A program made the translations under genes and the position numbers. Source: Ruminococcus sp. (GTDB taxonomy: Bacteria > Bacillota > Clostridia > Oscillospirales > Acutalibacteraceae). From it: DNA of 64,000 nucleotides. The notes under the pieces were generated by a model. That model did not search any database. It had not been told where the DNA came from and worked only from the letters and a program-made list of their open reading frames with translations. The stretch lies in contig JAZOMY010000022.1 of the NCBI GenBank assembly GCA_045654185.1, positions 4,891 through 68,890 of the forward strand, in the 5' to 3' direction. Of the stretch, positions 1 through 9,690 are shown piece after piece (position 1 is the first letter of the stretch; each line of letters opens with the position of its first letter).

Positions 1-113
1 GCACATCACTCCCTTTCTTTGAGTTTCAGAAATCCTATGCAAAATCTGCATAATTTTAATCAGAAAAACACCTGAAAATCACACTTTACTTCTTATATTT
101 TCGGTGCATCGTA

Positions 114-143
114 ATTATATCCCAAAGATTAGCCAAGTGTCAA
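114..143 (-). promoter_or_regulatory. Sigma-A promoter (TTGACA-18-TATAAT) for a gene that starts near position 6 and runs off the window
   Basis: The reverse strand reads TTGACA (143-138) and TATAAT (119-114). GAAAGGGAG RBS and ATG lie at 18-4. Confidence 0.6.
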
Positions 144-513
144 ATCGCAAGAGGCTTTTTATTTGTGCACATTGCACAACATTCAGCACATAGCGAAAGT
201 GGATAAATATTGCATATTTCTCTTGCGGAATCATACGGCATAAAAACACTGACGATTTCAACAGAATTCAATTGTTACAGAAATGTAATAAAAAATGACA
301 ACGCTGTAACTGCAAGTTCCCAAAAATTATCCGATTTTTGACTATGTTCGTTTTTTGACAAATGGCTTTTCATCGGACTTCAGAGGCTCTGTGAGCATCT
401 GAAACGGGAGATTTTTTCACCCACCACAAGAGGCAAAAATCACAGGCTTGCGGATGCAATTCCACCCTCATTTCCCATACTTTTATAGCATTATGTCGCC
501 ATGGGATTCATCC

Positions 514-547
514 GAAAAAGAAACCGCAGAGGTTTCCCTCTGCGGTT
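514..547 (-). terminator. Intrinsic terminator of lexA
   Basis: 11-bp inverted repeat AACCGCAGAGG/CCTCTGCGGTT (522-547) followed by a U-tract on the minus strand. Confidence 0.8.
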
Positions 548-556
548 CACTGCATA

Positions 557-1150
557 TTAATTTTCAAAACTGCGGTAGAGTGCCACAACCTTGCCCAGGA
601 GTATAAGCTCCTCCACAATAATGGGCTCAAAGGCATCGTTCTCCGGCTGGAGACGGAAGTGCCCGTCCTCTTTGTAAAACCTCTTGACCGTTGCCTCGTC
701 TTCCATAAGCGCTACAACGATATCCCCATTGTCAGCAGAGGGTGTGCGGTGCACAATGACGGTATCACCATCGTAAATACCGGCGTTAATCATACTCTCA
801 CCCATAACTCTCAGAGCAAAAAGCTCTCTGCCGCGGCGGATATTCTCGGAGACCGGTATATATTCCTCAACATCCTCCACCGCAAGTATAGGCATACCCG
901 CAGTAACTCTGCCCAGCACAGGAATACGCACAGCCCTCTCCTCAGTACTCAGTCTGATGCAGCGGTTCATACCCTTATCCCTCTCAATGAGACCTCTCTC
1001 CTCAAGAGTTTTCAGGTGCAGATGGACTGTGGACGTGGAGCGAAGACCCGTTGCGGTACAGATTTCTCTCACCGAGGGAATTCTTGACTGCTCAATACAT
1101 TCTTTTATATAATCATAAACTTTCTGTTGGCTCTTCGTCAGCGGCTTCAT
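557..1150 (-). CDS. lexA: SOS repressor LexA
   Basis: N-terminal wHTH (PSVREIC..GLRSTSTVHLHL), VTAG cleavage site, GESM catalytic Ser and TVKR Lys. Start moved to the ATG at 1150. Confidence 0.95.
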   Translation of the reverse strand: MKPLTKSQQKVYDYIKECIEQSRIPSVREICTATGLRSTSTVHLHLKTLEERGLIERDKGMNRCIRLSTEERAVRIPVLGRVTAGMPILAVEDVEEYIPVSENIRRGRELFALRVMGESMINAGIYDGDTVIVHRTPSADNGDIVVALMEDEATVKRFYKEDGHFRLQPENDAFEPIIVEELILLGKVVALYRSFEN

Positions 1151-1207
1151 AGGCTTTGCCTCCTTTGGGATTTTTGCAAAAGCAGATTTAAACCTTCTTA
1201 TGCAAAT

Positions 1208-1246
1208 ATAATACCACAGTCTTTTGAAAAAATCAAACATTTGTTT
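1208..1246 (-). promoter_or_regulatory. lexA promoter (TTGATT-17-TGTGG-TATTAT) with an overlapping LexA-box-like palindrome AAAC-N4-GTTT
   Basis: -10 at 1213-1208, -35 at 1236-1231, palindrome at 1235-1246 resembling the Firmicutes GAAC-N4-GTTC box. Confidence 0.65.
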
Positions 1247-1360
1247 CTGTTTTTTCAAGACTTTTCGTTTTTCAGGGAGTTTTTATATGCCCGCACAAAA
1301 AATTAACCTGTTGTTCACACATCATTCATCATTCTTACACGACGCTATATATAATATAGT

Positions 1361-1494
1361 TGTACCGGGTAGCTCCGCAACTGCCCGGTTATCCGACAAA
1401 TGGTCGGATGTCTACCCTCCTCGCCGACGAATGTCGGCACCCCCTCATTTCTTTTGGCACCGACTTACCGCAAGGTCGGTGCCTCCTTTTTTTC
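1361..1494 (+). ncRNA. Putative small RNA (four hairpins, the last an intrinsic terminator)
   Basis: TATAAT at 1350-1355 (weak -35). Hairpins ACCGGG/CCCGGT, TCCGAC/GTCGGA, GCCGAC/GTCGGC, GGCACCGAC/GTCGGTGCC + T7. No credible ORF. Confidence 0.5.
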
Positions 1495-1513
1495 TGATTT
1501 AATGCGGTAAATA

Positions 1514-1542
1514 TTGCAAGCAATAAATTAATGTGGTATACT
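1514..1542 (+). promoter_or_regulatory. asnB promoter TTGCAA-17-TATACT with extended -10
   Basis: Read directly from the sequence; TGTGG precedes the -10. Confidence 0.7.
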
Positions 1543-1604
1543 ATATTTTAGATTATTGTGCCTCGGCACAGGATTAACTTCACATAAGAAAGGACACTGA
1601 GATT

Positions 1605-3653
1605 ATGTGCGGAATTTGCGGTTTTACCGGTCAGATTATTGACCGTGGCAACACCATAAGAAAAATGGCAGAGGTTATTACCCATCGCGGACCCGACTCC
1701 TCGGGTTTTTACGAGGATGACAGAATTGCTATGGGTTTTCGCCGACTCAGCATCATCGATGTTGATGCAGGCCACCAGCCTATATATAACGAAGACAAGT
1801 CCATGGTGCTCACCTTCAACGGCGAGATATACAACTACAAAGAGCTGAGAGAGAAGCTTATTGACTGCGGTCACTCCTTCTACACCAACACCGACAGCGA
1901 GGTGCTCATTCACGGCTTTGAGGAGTGGGGCGAGGGGATGCTTCCTATGCTCCGCGGTATGTTCGGCTTTGCAATTTACAACAAAAACGACGGCTCCGTA
2001 TTTATTGCCCGCGACTTCTTCGGCATCAAGCCCATGCACTACACCCTCATTGACGGGGAGCTTGTCTACGGCTCTGAAATCAAGAGCATCCTTGAGCATC
2101 CCAAATTCGAGAAGCGCTTCAATTACCGCGCTCTGGACACCTATCTTTCTTTCCAGTATGCAGTTCCTCCCGAGACCTTCTTTGAGGATTTGTACTGCCT
2201 GCTGCCCGGTCACTTCCTTATTTATAAGGATGGGGATATTCACATCGAGAGATATTTCGAGGCAAAGTTCAGACCCGACGAGAACCTCTCCGAGGCAGAT
2301 GCCGTGAACAAAATCGAGGAAGTTTTCGAGAATTCCGTAAACGCCCACAAAATTGCGGACGTTGAGGTTGGCTGCTTCCTCTCCTCAGGTGTTGATTCAA
2401 GCTACGTTTCCACCTACTTCGCAGACCAGAAAACCTTCACCGTAGGCTTTGACTTCGGCGAAAAGTATAACGAAATCAGCTGGGCAGAGCGACTTTCCGA
2501 GAAAATCGGCGTTGACCACTACACCAAGGTTATCACAAGCGACGAGTTCTGGGATGCAGTTCCCACTGTGCAGTATCATATGGACCAGCCTCTGGCTGAC
2601 CCCTCCTGCATTGCCCTCTACTTTGTATCAAAGCTTGCCAGCGAGCACGTTAAGGTTGTGCTTTCAGGCGAGGGTGCCGACGAACTTTTCGGCGGCTATC
2701 AGGTATACCGCAACCCCATGAATCACAAACTGTATCAGACGGTATTCCCCTATCCTGTGAGAAAACTCATAAGAAACATCGCGAAGCGTATGCCCGACAT
2801 CAAGGGTCGTGACTACCTTATCCGCGCCACCGACCCCCTGGAGGAGGATTTCATCGGAAACGCATTCCTCTATGACTACAAACAGAAGGCTGAACTTCTG
2901 AAAGACCCCTCCATCGCAACCCGTCCCCAGGACATCACCAAGAAATTCTACACAAGAGCAAGAAAATATGACGATGTCACCAAGATGCAGTATCTGGACA
3001 TCAACCTCTGGCTGGTGGGAGATATCCTGCTGAAAGCCGACAGAATGAGTATGGCAAACTCTCTGGAACTCCGTGTTCCCTTCCTTGACAAGGAAGTCTT
3101 CAAGGTTGCCTCCACCATCCCCTCTAAACTCCGCGTCAACCGCCACAACACCAAGTACGCTCTGAGAAAGGCCGCAGCCCGTCATCTGCCCATTGAAACC
3201 GCAGAGAAGGAAAAGCTGGGCTTCCCCGTACCCACAAGAGTGTGGCTGAAAGACGAGAAATTCTACAACATTGTCAAGAAGGAATTCCAGTCCCCCACAG
3301 CCCAGAAGTTCTTCAACATCGACATCATCATGGACTGGCTGGATGACCACTACGAGGGTCTGGCAGACACAAGCCGCAAGGTCTGGGCAGTTTACGTTTT
3401 CCTCATCTGGTACAAGCAGTACTTCGAAGAAGTTACCACCGCTGAAATCACCGAGGACACCATCGCTCAGGTTGAAACCATCGACGAAACAAACCTTGGT
3501 AATACAGGCACAGTAGGCACTACCGACCAGGAGCGCCTCAATGAGCTTTTCGGCCTTGTCTTTGATGACGAAGACGGCGCAGGAAGCGAAGAGACCGTTT
3601 CCGAGGAGACCTCAACAGAGGCTGCAACCCCCGAAACCGAGGTTCAGGAATAA
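1605..3653 (+). CDS. asnB: Asparagine synthase (glutamine-hydrolysing) family amidotransferase with an acidic C-terminal extension
   Basis: MCGICG Ntn-Cys, HRGPD, RRLSIID, NGEIYN, SSGVDSS and SGEGADELFGGY motifs. Confidence 0.92.
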   Translation: MCGICGFTGQIIDRGNTIRKMAEVITHRGPDSSGFYEDDRIAMGFRRLSIIDVDAGHQPIYNEDKSMVLTFNGEIYNYKELREKLIDCGHSFYTNTDSEVLIHGFEEWGEGMLPMLRGMFGFAIYNKNDGSVFIARDFFGIKPMHYTLIDGELVYGSEIKSILEHPKFEKRFNYRALDTYLSFQYAVPPETFFEDLYCLLPGHFLIYKDGDIHIERYFEAKFRPDENLSEADAVNKIEEVFENSVNAHKIADVEVGCFLSSGVDSSYVSTYFADQKTFTVGFDFGEKYNEISWAERLSEKIGVDHYTKVITSDEFWDAVPTVQYHMDQPLADPSCIALYFVSKLASEHVKVVLSGEGADELFGGYQVYRNPMNHKLYQTVFPYPVRKLIRNIAKRMPDIKGRDYLIRATDPLEEDFIGNAFLYDYKQKAELLKDPSIATRPQDITKKFYTRARKYDDVTKMQYLDINLWLVGDILLKADRMSMANSLELRVPFLDKEVFKVASTIPSKLRVNRHNTKYALRKAAARHLPIETAEKEKLGFPVPTRVWLKDEKFYNIVKKEFQSPTAQKFFNIDIIMDWLDDHYEGLADTSRKVWAVYVFLIWYKQYFEEVTTAEITEDTIAQVETIDETNLGNTGTVGTTDQERLNELFGLVFDDEDGAGSEETVSEETSTEAATPETEVQE

Positions 3654-3658
3654 TAAAT

Positions 3659-3689
3659 AAAAAGGCTTCTCACAGCGAGAAGCCTTTTA
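3659..3689 (+). terminator. asnB terminator
   Basis: AAAAGGCTTCTC/GAGAAGCCTTTT inverted repeat. Confidence 0.8.
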
Positions 3690-3723
3690 TTAGGATACCC
3701 TAAAGAAAAAAGGAGGCGGTAAA

Positions 3724-4617
3724 ATGCAGATACTCTCATACCCCGCGAAAATCGAAACACCCACAGCGGTGGCTCTGGGTTATTTTGACGGCGTACACAC
3801 CGCCCACAACCGGATTCTTACCGCCGCCGTGCAGAACCCCTCGGGATATACCCCTGCGGTTTTCACCTTCACTGAAATGGCGAAGTCCTCCGAAGGAAGA
3901 CTCACAACAAACGAGGAGAAGCACCGCCTTTTTGAAGATGCCGGTATAGAAATACTGGTAAGCGCGGATTTCAGCAGTCTTTGCTCCAAGTCCGCCGAGG
4001 AATTCGTCCACGAAGTCCTCAGCGAAAACCTCTGTGCAAAAGCCGTCTGCTGCGGCTACAACTACCGCTTCGGAAAGGGCGCCGAGGCTGATATCAACAC
4101 CCTGAAAGCCCTGTGCGAAAAAGAAGGGATACAGGTTTTTGTCACCAATGAGGTCACCTGCGAAAACACCGAGGTATCCTCATCATCTGTAAAAAAACTG
4201 CTCAAAAACGGAGCCGTCAGAGAGGCAGCCCTGCTCCTGGGCAGAAGCTACACCCTCTCGGGAGAGATTATTCACGGCAACGCTCTGGGCAGGACAATCT
4301 CCACACCCACCCTCAATATCCGCGTTGACGAAAGAAAACTCCTGCCCCGCTTCGGAGTTTATGCCGCACTTGTCAGAATGGGCGACAAAACTTTCAGGTC
4401 CGTAGCAAATATCGGGCTCAAACCCACCGTCGGTTCAGAAAAGCCCACTGTCGAGGCGTATCTCCTTAATGAAAGCGGCAATTTCTACGGAGAGAACGCA
4501 ACCCTTTCCCTCATAGATTTTATCAGGGATGAGAAAAAATTCCAGAACCTCGCAGAGCTTAAAGAGCAAATCCGAATTGATACGGAGAAAGCAGAGGAAA
4601 TCCTCGGCGGTTTTTAA
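3724..4617 (+). CDS. ribF: Bifunctional riboflavin kinase/FAD synthetase
   Basis: GYFDGVHTAH, VSSS, GRTISTPTLN, NIGLKPTV and EAYLL motifs. Confidence 0.92.
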   Translation: MQILSYPAKIETPTAVALGYFDGVHTAHNRILTAAVQNPSGYTPAVFTFTEMAKSSEGRLTTNEEKHRLFEDAGIEILVSADFSSLCSKSAEEFVHEVLSENLCAKAVCCGYNYRFGKGAEADINTLKALCEKEGIQVFVTNEVTCENTEVSSSSVKKLLKNGAVREAALLLGRSYTLSGEIIHGNALGRTISTPTLNIRVDERKLLPRFGVYAALVRMGDKTFRSVANIGLKPTVGSEKPTVEAYLLNESGNFYGENATLSLIDFIRDEKKFQNLAELKEQIRIDTEKAEEILGGF

Positions 4618-4643
4618 CAGCATCACCATAAAGAGATAAAAAT

Positions 4644-4675
4644 AAGTCGGCCAGTTTTCACTGACCGACTTTTTT
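4644..4675. terminator. Bidirectional terminator between ribF and the GtrA gene
   Basis: AGTCGG.CAG/CTG.CCGACT hairpin flanked by A- and T-tracts, between convergent genes. Confidence 0.7.
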
Positions 4676-4690
4676 GTATTTATAAAAATT

Positions 4691-5434
4691 TTACTGTGCA
4701 AATTTTGCGATTATATCACAGATAATTGTGTAGGCATAATATCCTGAAGAACCAAGGAAAACCACGGCACAAATCGCGGTGAGCACCCAGCCGATAACCT
4801 TATCCTTGCGGGTAATGGGCACTGCAACTACGGGTTTATCCTGATTTTCGGAAAAAGCATATCCCTTTTCCTCTGCTTCTTTTCTGGCTTTTTTGAGTTC
4901 TTTTTCCCTTTCCTTCTGCTGAGCTTTTCGGGAAGTGCGGTTTTTGAACACCACAAGTTTGCTGAAAATATAGTTTGCCACCAGCACAAAGATGCTGACA
5001 AGCATTGTTGCTATCATACTCTCGGAGCCGAAGAGGGGATAATTTATGCCCAGTTTGACAAGCAGGGGCACGCCTGCAAGTTCAAGTATGCTTGCTACTG
5101 CACGGGCAGCGATAAAGGACACAAACTCTGTGGCAATTATCTTGCCCTTGAAACTCTTGCTCTCAAAAACAAAAATCTTGTTGGGAGGGAAAGCAAAGAG
5201 AATTGTAACCGCCAGGGACAGAAATGTGGTAAAGAACGAGAGGGCAAAACTCTTAAACCCCAGAGGAGAGAGCAGTTCCTCAAAGAGGGGCGTGGTACCC
5301 CAACGCACCAGAGTTGTCATACCGCCCACTACGATGTAGTTGATAATTTCCCTGTACTTCTTATAAAGTCCAAGAAGCTTATTTTCTTTTTTCTCCCCTG
5401 CGGGAACAGTTGATACTTCCTTCTTCTCAGCCAT
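4691..5434 (-). CDS. GtrA-family lipid-sugar flippase with an extended C-terminus
   Basis: EIINYIVVGGMTT, FAFPPNKIFVF and ANYIFSKLVVF match the GtrA pattern; adjacent to a GT2 gene. Confidence 0.75.
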   Translation of the reverse strand: MAEKKEVSTVPAGEKKENKLLGLYKKYREIINYIVVGGMTTLVRWGTTPLFEELLSPLGFKSFALSFFTTFLSLAVTILFAFPPNKIFVFESKSFKGKIIATEFVSFIAARAVASILELAGVPLLVKLGINYPLFGSESMIATMLVSIFVLVANYIFSKLVVFKNRTSRKAQQKEREKELKKARKEAEEKGYAFSENQDKPVVAVPITRKDKVIGWVLTAICAVVFLGSSGYYAYTIICDIIAKFAQ

Positions 5435-6372
5435 TATTTCTCACCTTTTTTGATATTGGAAACCTTAGCTATATAGATGGGTCTCTGCTTGGCCTCAACG
5501 TAGACTCTGCCGATATACTCGCCCAGAATTCCCAGAGAAAGTTCCAGAATTCCGCCCACAAAGAGCACCGAACCCGAGAGTGCGAAGAAGGTGGCAAAAT
5601 GAGGAGCAAAGAAAATAAAGGGTATTGCCGCTATGCCAACAACCGCAGAAAGCAGGAACATCAGAACACTTACTATAAAGAGAAATCTAAGCGGTGTAAT
5701 GGAGAAAGCGGTAATGCCGTCAATGGCGTACTTGAAGAGACCCCAGAGGCTCCAGCTTGAGGTACCGATGGTACGCTCAACATTCTGGTAAGGAATCCAC
5801 TTGGTGTCAAAGCCTACCCAACAGAAAATACCCTTTGAAAAACGCTGAACCTCGCCCATGGAAAGGATGGCATCCACCATCTGTCTGGACATTACGCGGT
5901 AGTCAACGGCACCATAGGGCATCTTCACGGAAGACAGGGAATTCTGCAGAGCGAAGAACAGTTTTGAGAAGCCTGTACGCAGCACGCTCTCACCCTTGCG
6001 CTCCTTTCGGTAGAGAGCACAGCAGTCGTGACCCTCTTCGATTTCGCGGAGCATATCGGGGAACATTGCGGGGGGATGCTGCAAATCAGCGTCCATCACA
6101 AATACATAATCAGCGGTTGTATGCTCAAGACCTGCATACATAGCGGCTTCCTTGCCGAAATTTCTGGAGAAGGAGACGTACTTTACATTCTCAAATTCCT
6201 CTGCCAGTTTAATCATAGTCAGCAGGGTGTTGTCACGGCTGCCGTCGTTTACAAGAATATAGCGGAAACTGTACTGGGGAAGAGTTGCGATAACCTCGTT
6301 TGTAACCCTCACGAATTCAGGAAGAACTTCCTCTTCATTAAAACAAGGCACTACCAGGTCAACAGTTTTCAT
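5434..6372 (-). CDS. GT2 undecaprenyl-phosphate glycosyltransferase (GtrB/CsbB-like)
   Basis: VVPCFNEE, VNDGSRD, SRNFGKEAA, DADLQHPP and GEYIGRVY motifs, two C-terminal TM helices. Start at ATG 6372 behind a GAGGTG RBS. Confidence 0.88.
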   Translation of the reverse strand: MKTVDLVVPCFNEEEVLPEFVRVTNEVIATLPQYSFRYILVNDGSRDNTLLTMIKLAEEFENVKYVSFSRNFGKEAAMYAGLEHTTADYVFVMDADLQHPPAMFPDMLREIEEGHDCCALYRKERKGESVLRTGFSKLFFALQNSLSSVKMPYGAVDYRVMSRQMVDAILSMGEVQRFSKGIFCWVGFDTKWIPYQNVERTIGTSSWSLWGLFKYAIDGITAFSITPLRFLFIVSVLMFLLSAVVGIAAIPFIFFAPHFATFFALSGSVLFVGGILELSLGILGEYIGRVYVEAKQRPIYIAKVSNIKKGEK

Positions 6373-6493
6373 TAAAATCACCTCTGGGAAATTGCTCATA
6401 TTAAATCAGTATAATTATATCACCCGAAAATTAAAAAGTCCATACCATTAAATAATATTATCTTTATATATGCCGATAATTTTCCGAAAAAGG

Positions 6494-6522
6494 TTTACCT
6501 TGCAGTTTTTGTGTGGTATACT
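6494..6522 (+). promoter_or_regulatory. yfhO promoter TTTACC-17-TATACT with extended -10
   Basis: Read directly from the sequence. Confidence 0.55.
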
Positions 6523-6578
6523 TTATTATGTATTTCTATGCAAATATAAACCACAAAATATTCAAAAGGAGGTAAAAA

Positions 6579-9500
6579 ATGAAAAAAGCAAAACTTTTCT
6601 CCAAAGCACCCGACAGTAAGCTTCAGACACCTGCGGATGCCAAGGGTTCTTTTCTTGACAGAAACCCTGACCTTATTTATTTTGCTCTTGCATTTTTCGT
6701 ACCGTTTCTGCTGATGGGCCTCGCCTTTGCGGTGAAGGATATTGCTCCTTTCGGCATTTTCAGGACTATGTACGAGTCCGTCCTCTACCACATCGGAAAC
6801 CTCTTCCCCTCGCTGGGGATTTCGGTTATCCCCAACACTGCACAGCCCTTCGGCGACAGACAGATGCTGGTAGTTGACCTGTGGCATCAGTACTACCCCT
6901 TCCTCGTTGACCTCCACGAAAAGCTTCAGAGCGGCGGCTCTCTTTTCTGGACCTGGAGTGTGGGTATGGGCACCAACTTCGTTGCGCTGATGTCCTACTA
7001 TCTCCTGAGCCCCCTCAACTTCCTGTCTGTTATTATTCCCGACAGTTGGCTGGTGGAATATCTGGCTCTTGCAACAGTTATCAAAATTGCCTGTGCAGGT
7101 CTTTTCACTGCAATTTCCTTTAAAATCGTCACAGGAAAAGGCGGTCTGCCCCTGGTAATTGCCGGTACACTCTTTGCACTCTGCTCCTTCAATATGGGCT
7201 ATTATTGGTGCGTTATCTGGCTTGACTCCGTGGCTATGCTGCCGCTGGTTTTTGCCGGCACCATCTGTCTCCTCAGAGACGGCAAGTACAAGCTTTTCAC
7301 TATTTCGCTTGCCCTTGCGGTTATTTTCAACTACTACATCGGACTTTTCATCTGTGTTGCAGTATTCCTCACCTGTATAGGCTACACCGCAGCACGTTTC
7401 GTGTCCTTCAAGAAATCTTTCAAGGACCTGCTCCGTACAGTTGTCTGCTCCCTGACTGCGCTGATGATGACTGCACCTGTAACAATTCCTGCGTACCTTG
7501 CCCTGCAGAATTGCTACAAATCCCCCTCGGGCTTCCCAACAAAGTTTGATATCAATATCGGTGCCGACTCCGCCGAAGGTGTGTTTGATGCTGTCCACGT
7601 GATAATCTCAAACCTGATTTCGTTCATTGAGCCTACCTACAAGGAGGGTCTGCCCAACGTTGCCTGCGGTATATTCTGCATTGTACTTCTGGCAGTGTTC
7701 TTCTGCTCACGCAAAATCAAGCTGGGCGAGAAACTTGTCTCCCTCTTTATGGTACTCTTCTTCATCGCAAGCTTCATCTTCCGTCATCTGGACTATCTCT
7801 GGCATGGTATGCACTACCCCAATATGCTGCCCTACCGCTTCAGCTTCCTCTTAAGTTTCCTGCTGATATTTATGGCATTCAGAGCATACACCCTGCTGGA
7901 GAAGGGCGACTTCATAGACGTTCTCATCGGCGGACTTGTGTTTGCCCTTGTTGTCTTCGGCTACTTCCTCAGAGACGCTGATAAATTCTCCAAAGCCGCA
8001 GTTGTCGCAACTATCGTTGTGGGTGTGGCTATGATAATTCTCCTGCTTCTCTACACGCTGAAGATAACCCCCGCAAAACTCACATCCCTGCTTCTCTGTC
8101 TGCTGGTAATCGCCGAGATGGGTGCAGTTGCCATTATCGGTGTAAACACCGTTTCCTCCACAACAATGACCTCTTATCCCAAGAGCGAGGAACACGTTAC
8201 CAGAATGCTCCGTCACATCAACAGCCTTGACAGCAAAACTCCCGACATCGCAAGAACCGAAGTCGGCTCCACACAGACTCTCAACGACGGCGCTCTCAAC
8301 GGATACAAGGGAATTTCCGTTTTCAATTCTATGGCAAACGAGAGTATCACCCACTACGTTGAGTACTTCGGTCTCGGAGGCTGGCCTGCCGGTAACAGAT
8401 ATTCCTACTTCCAGACCTCTCCCGTTACCAATGTAATTATGAACCTCAAATATCTCATCGCCCGCGATGAAAATTGCTACGATGATGCTTATATGAAGGA
8501 AATCGACCGCAGCGGCGGCGTTGACCTCTACGAGAACCAGGCGTATGTACCCATGGGCTTTATGGTAAACCCCGCTCTGGAAACCATTAACGTTACGGTT
8601 AACTCCGGCAACCCCGGTACAGTTGATAATCCCTTCGAAAATCAGATTCGCTGGTGGCAGCTTGCAACAGGTATTCAGGAACCCGTCTACACCCAGCTTA
8701 CCGTCAAGGACCAGGGACACTCCCCTGACGAGGAACTGACCGTTAACAAGTACGAAGAAGGCAGATACTCTGCTTCTCCCAAGAGCAGCGGCTCCACCCA
8801 CGTCAAGTTCAACTACTATCTCCCCGAGGACGCCATTGTTCTGGGTTATCTCAAGGTTGGCAGCAACGAAGGTGACGGCTCTGTGCTTATCAACGACAGC
8901 AACCAGAGCTCCCGCAATGTAAAAACTGCTCACATTATGAATATCGGCACCTATCCTGCCGGTACCAAAGTCTCCCTCTACGGCACTATTGCCGCAGGCA
9001 CAAATTACAGCAACATCAGAAGTTACTGCTACACTCTCAATGAGGATGTCTTTGAGCGCGGTCTTGAGATTCTCCGCAAGAACACTCTCTCCGCCACCAA
9101 GGTTACAGACTCCTCTCTGAAAGGTACCATAAACACCGACACCGCAGGCATCCTCTACACCTCCATCCCCTACGAAAAGGGCTGGCACGCCGTAGTTGAC
9201 GGCAAAGAGGTTGACATCGTTGCCATCGGTGATGCAATGTGCAGTATTTACCTGCCCGCAGGTGAGCATACTGTTAAATTCTACTTTGTACCCCAGGGCT
9301 TTGTAATCGGCACTGCCGCTTTCCTTATAGCTCTTGCACTCTTCGTGATGATGTGCGTATTCACAGGCAGGAAGTACCGCGACAAGGAAAAGAGAAACTT
9401 CTTCCTGTGGCTCTTCGACCCCAAGGTAAAAACAAAGCAGAAACTCCTCCTTGACGAAAACGGCGAGGTTATTGAGGCTGAGCCCGAAGAGGGCGATGCC

Positions 9501-9659
9501 GCAGAAGACGAGAACGGCTTCGCATCACCCTATGATGCAGAAAATGCAGAAGACCTCTCCTCTGAAAACACCGCCCCGAAAGATGTCATCCCCGGTGCAA
9601 TGGAGCTCAGTGATGAGTTTATTCTGGAGGACACCCCCGCAGAAGACACCGAGGAGTAA
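6579..9659 (+). CDS. YfhO-family GT-C membrane glycosyltransferase
   Basis: DLWHQYYPF, WSVGMGTNF, YYLLSPLN, PYRFSF and SIPYEKGWHAVVDG motifs; many TM segments. Confidence 0.85.
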   Translation: MKKAKLFSKAPDSKLQTPADAKGSFLDRNPDLIYFALAFFVPFLLMGLAFAVKDIAPFGIFRTMYESVLYHIGNLFPSLGISVIPNTAQPFGDRQMLVVDLWHQYYPFLVDLHEKLQSGGSLFWTWSVGMGTNFVALMSYYLLSPLNFLSVIIPDSWLVEYLALATVIKIACAGLFTAISFKIVTGKGGLPLVIAGTLFALCSFNMGYYWCVIWLDSVAMLPLVFAGTICLLRDGKYKLFTISLALAVIFNYYIGLFICVAVFLTCIGYTAARFVSFKKSFKDLLRTVVCSLTALMMTAPVTIPAYLALQNCYKSPSGFPTKFDINIGADSAEGVFDAVHVIISNLISFIEPTYKEGLPNVACGIFCIVLLAVFFCSRKIKLGEKLVSLFMVLFFIASFIFRHLDYLWHGMHYPNMLPYRFSFLLSFLLIFMAFRAYTLLEKGDFIDVLIGGLVFALVVFGYFLRDADKFSKAAVVATIVVGVAMIILLLLYTLKITPAKLTSLLLCLLVIAEMGAVAIIGVNTVSSTTMTSYPKSEEHVTRMLRHINSLDSKTPDIARTEVGSTQTLNDGALNGYKGISVFNSMANESITHYVEYFGLGGWPAGNRYSYFQTSPVTNVIMNLKYLIARDENCYDDAYMKEIDRSGGVDLYENQAYVPMGFMVNPALETINVTVNSGNPGTVDNPFENQIRWWQLATGIQEPVYTQLTVKDQGHSPDEELTVNKYEEGRYSASPKSSGSTHVKFNYYLPEDAIVLGYLKVGSNEGDGSVLINDSNQSSRNVKTAHIMNIGTYPAGTKVSLYGTIAAGTNYSNIRSYCYTLNEDVFERGLEILRKNTLSATKVTDSSLKGTINTDTAGILYTSIPYEKGWHAVVDGKEVDIVAIGDAMCSIYLPAGEHTVKFYFVPQGFVIGTAAFLIALALFVMMCVFTGRKYRDKEKRNFFLWLFDPKVKTKQKLLLDENGEVIEAEPEEGDAAEDENGFASPYDAENAEDLSSENTAPKDVIPGAMELSDEFILEDTPAEDTEE

Positions 9660-9690
9660 TCCCGCAAAACGCAATACCGCTTCATAAATC

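Noticed and set aside
200-500. Hidden gene or ncRNA between the lexA terminator and the left-edge promoter
   Set aside because: No ORF with an RBS and no convincing promoter-structure-terminator unit was found.
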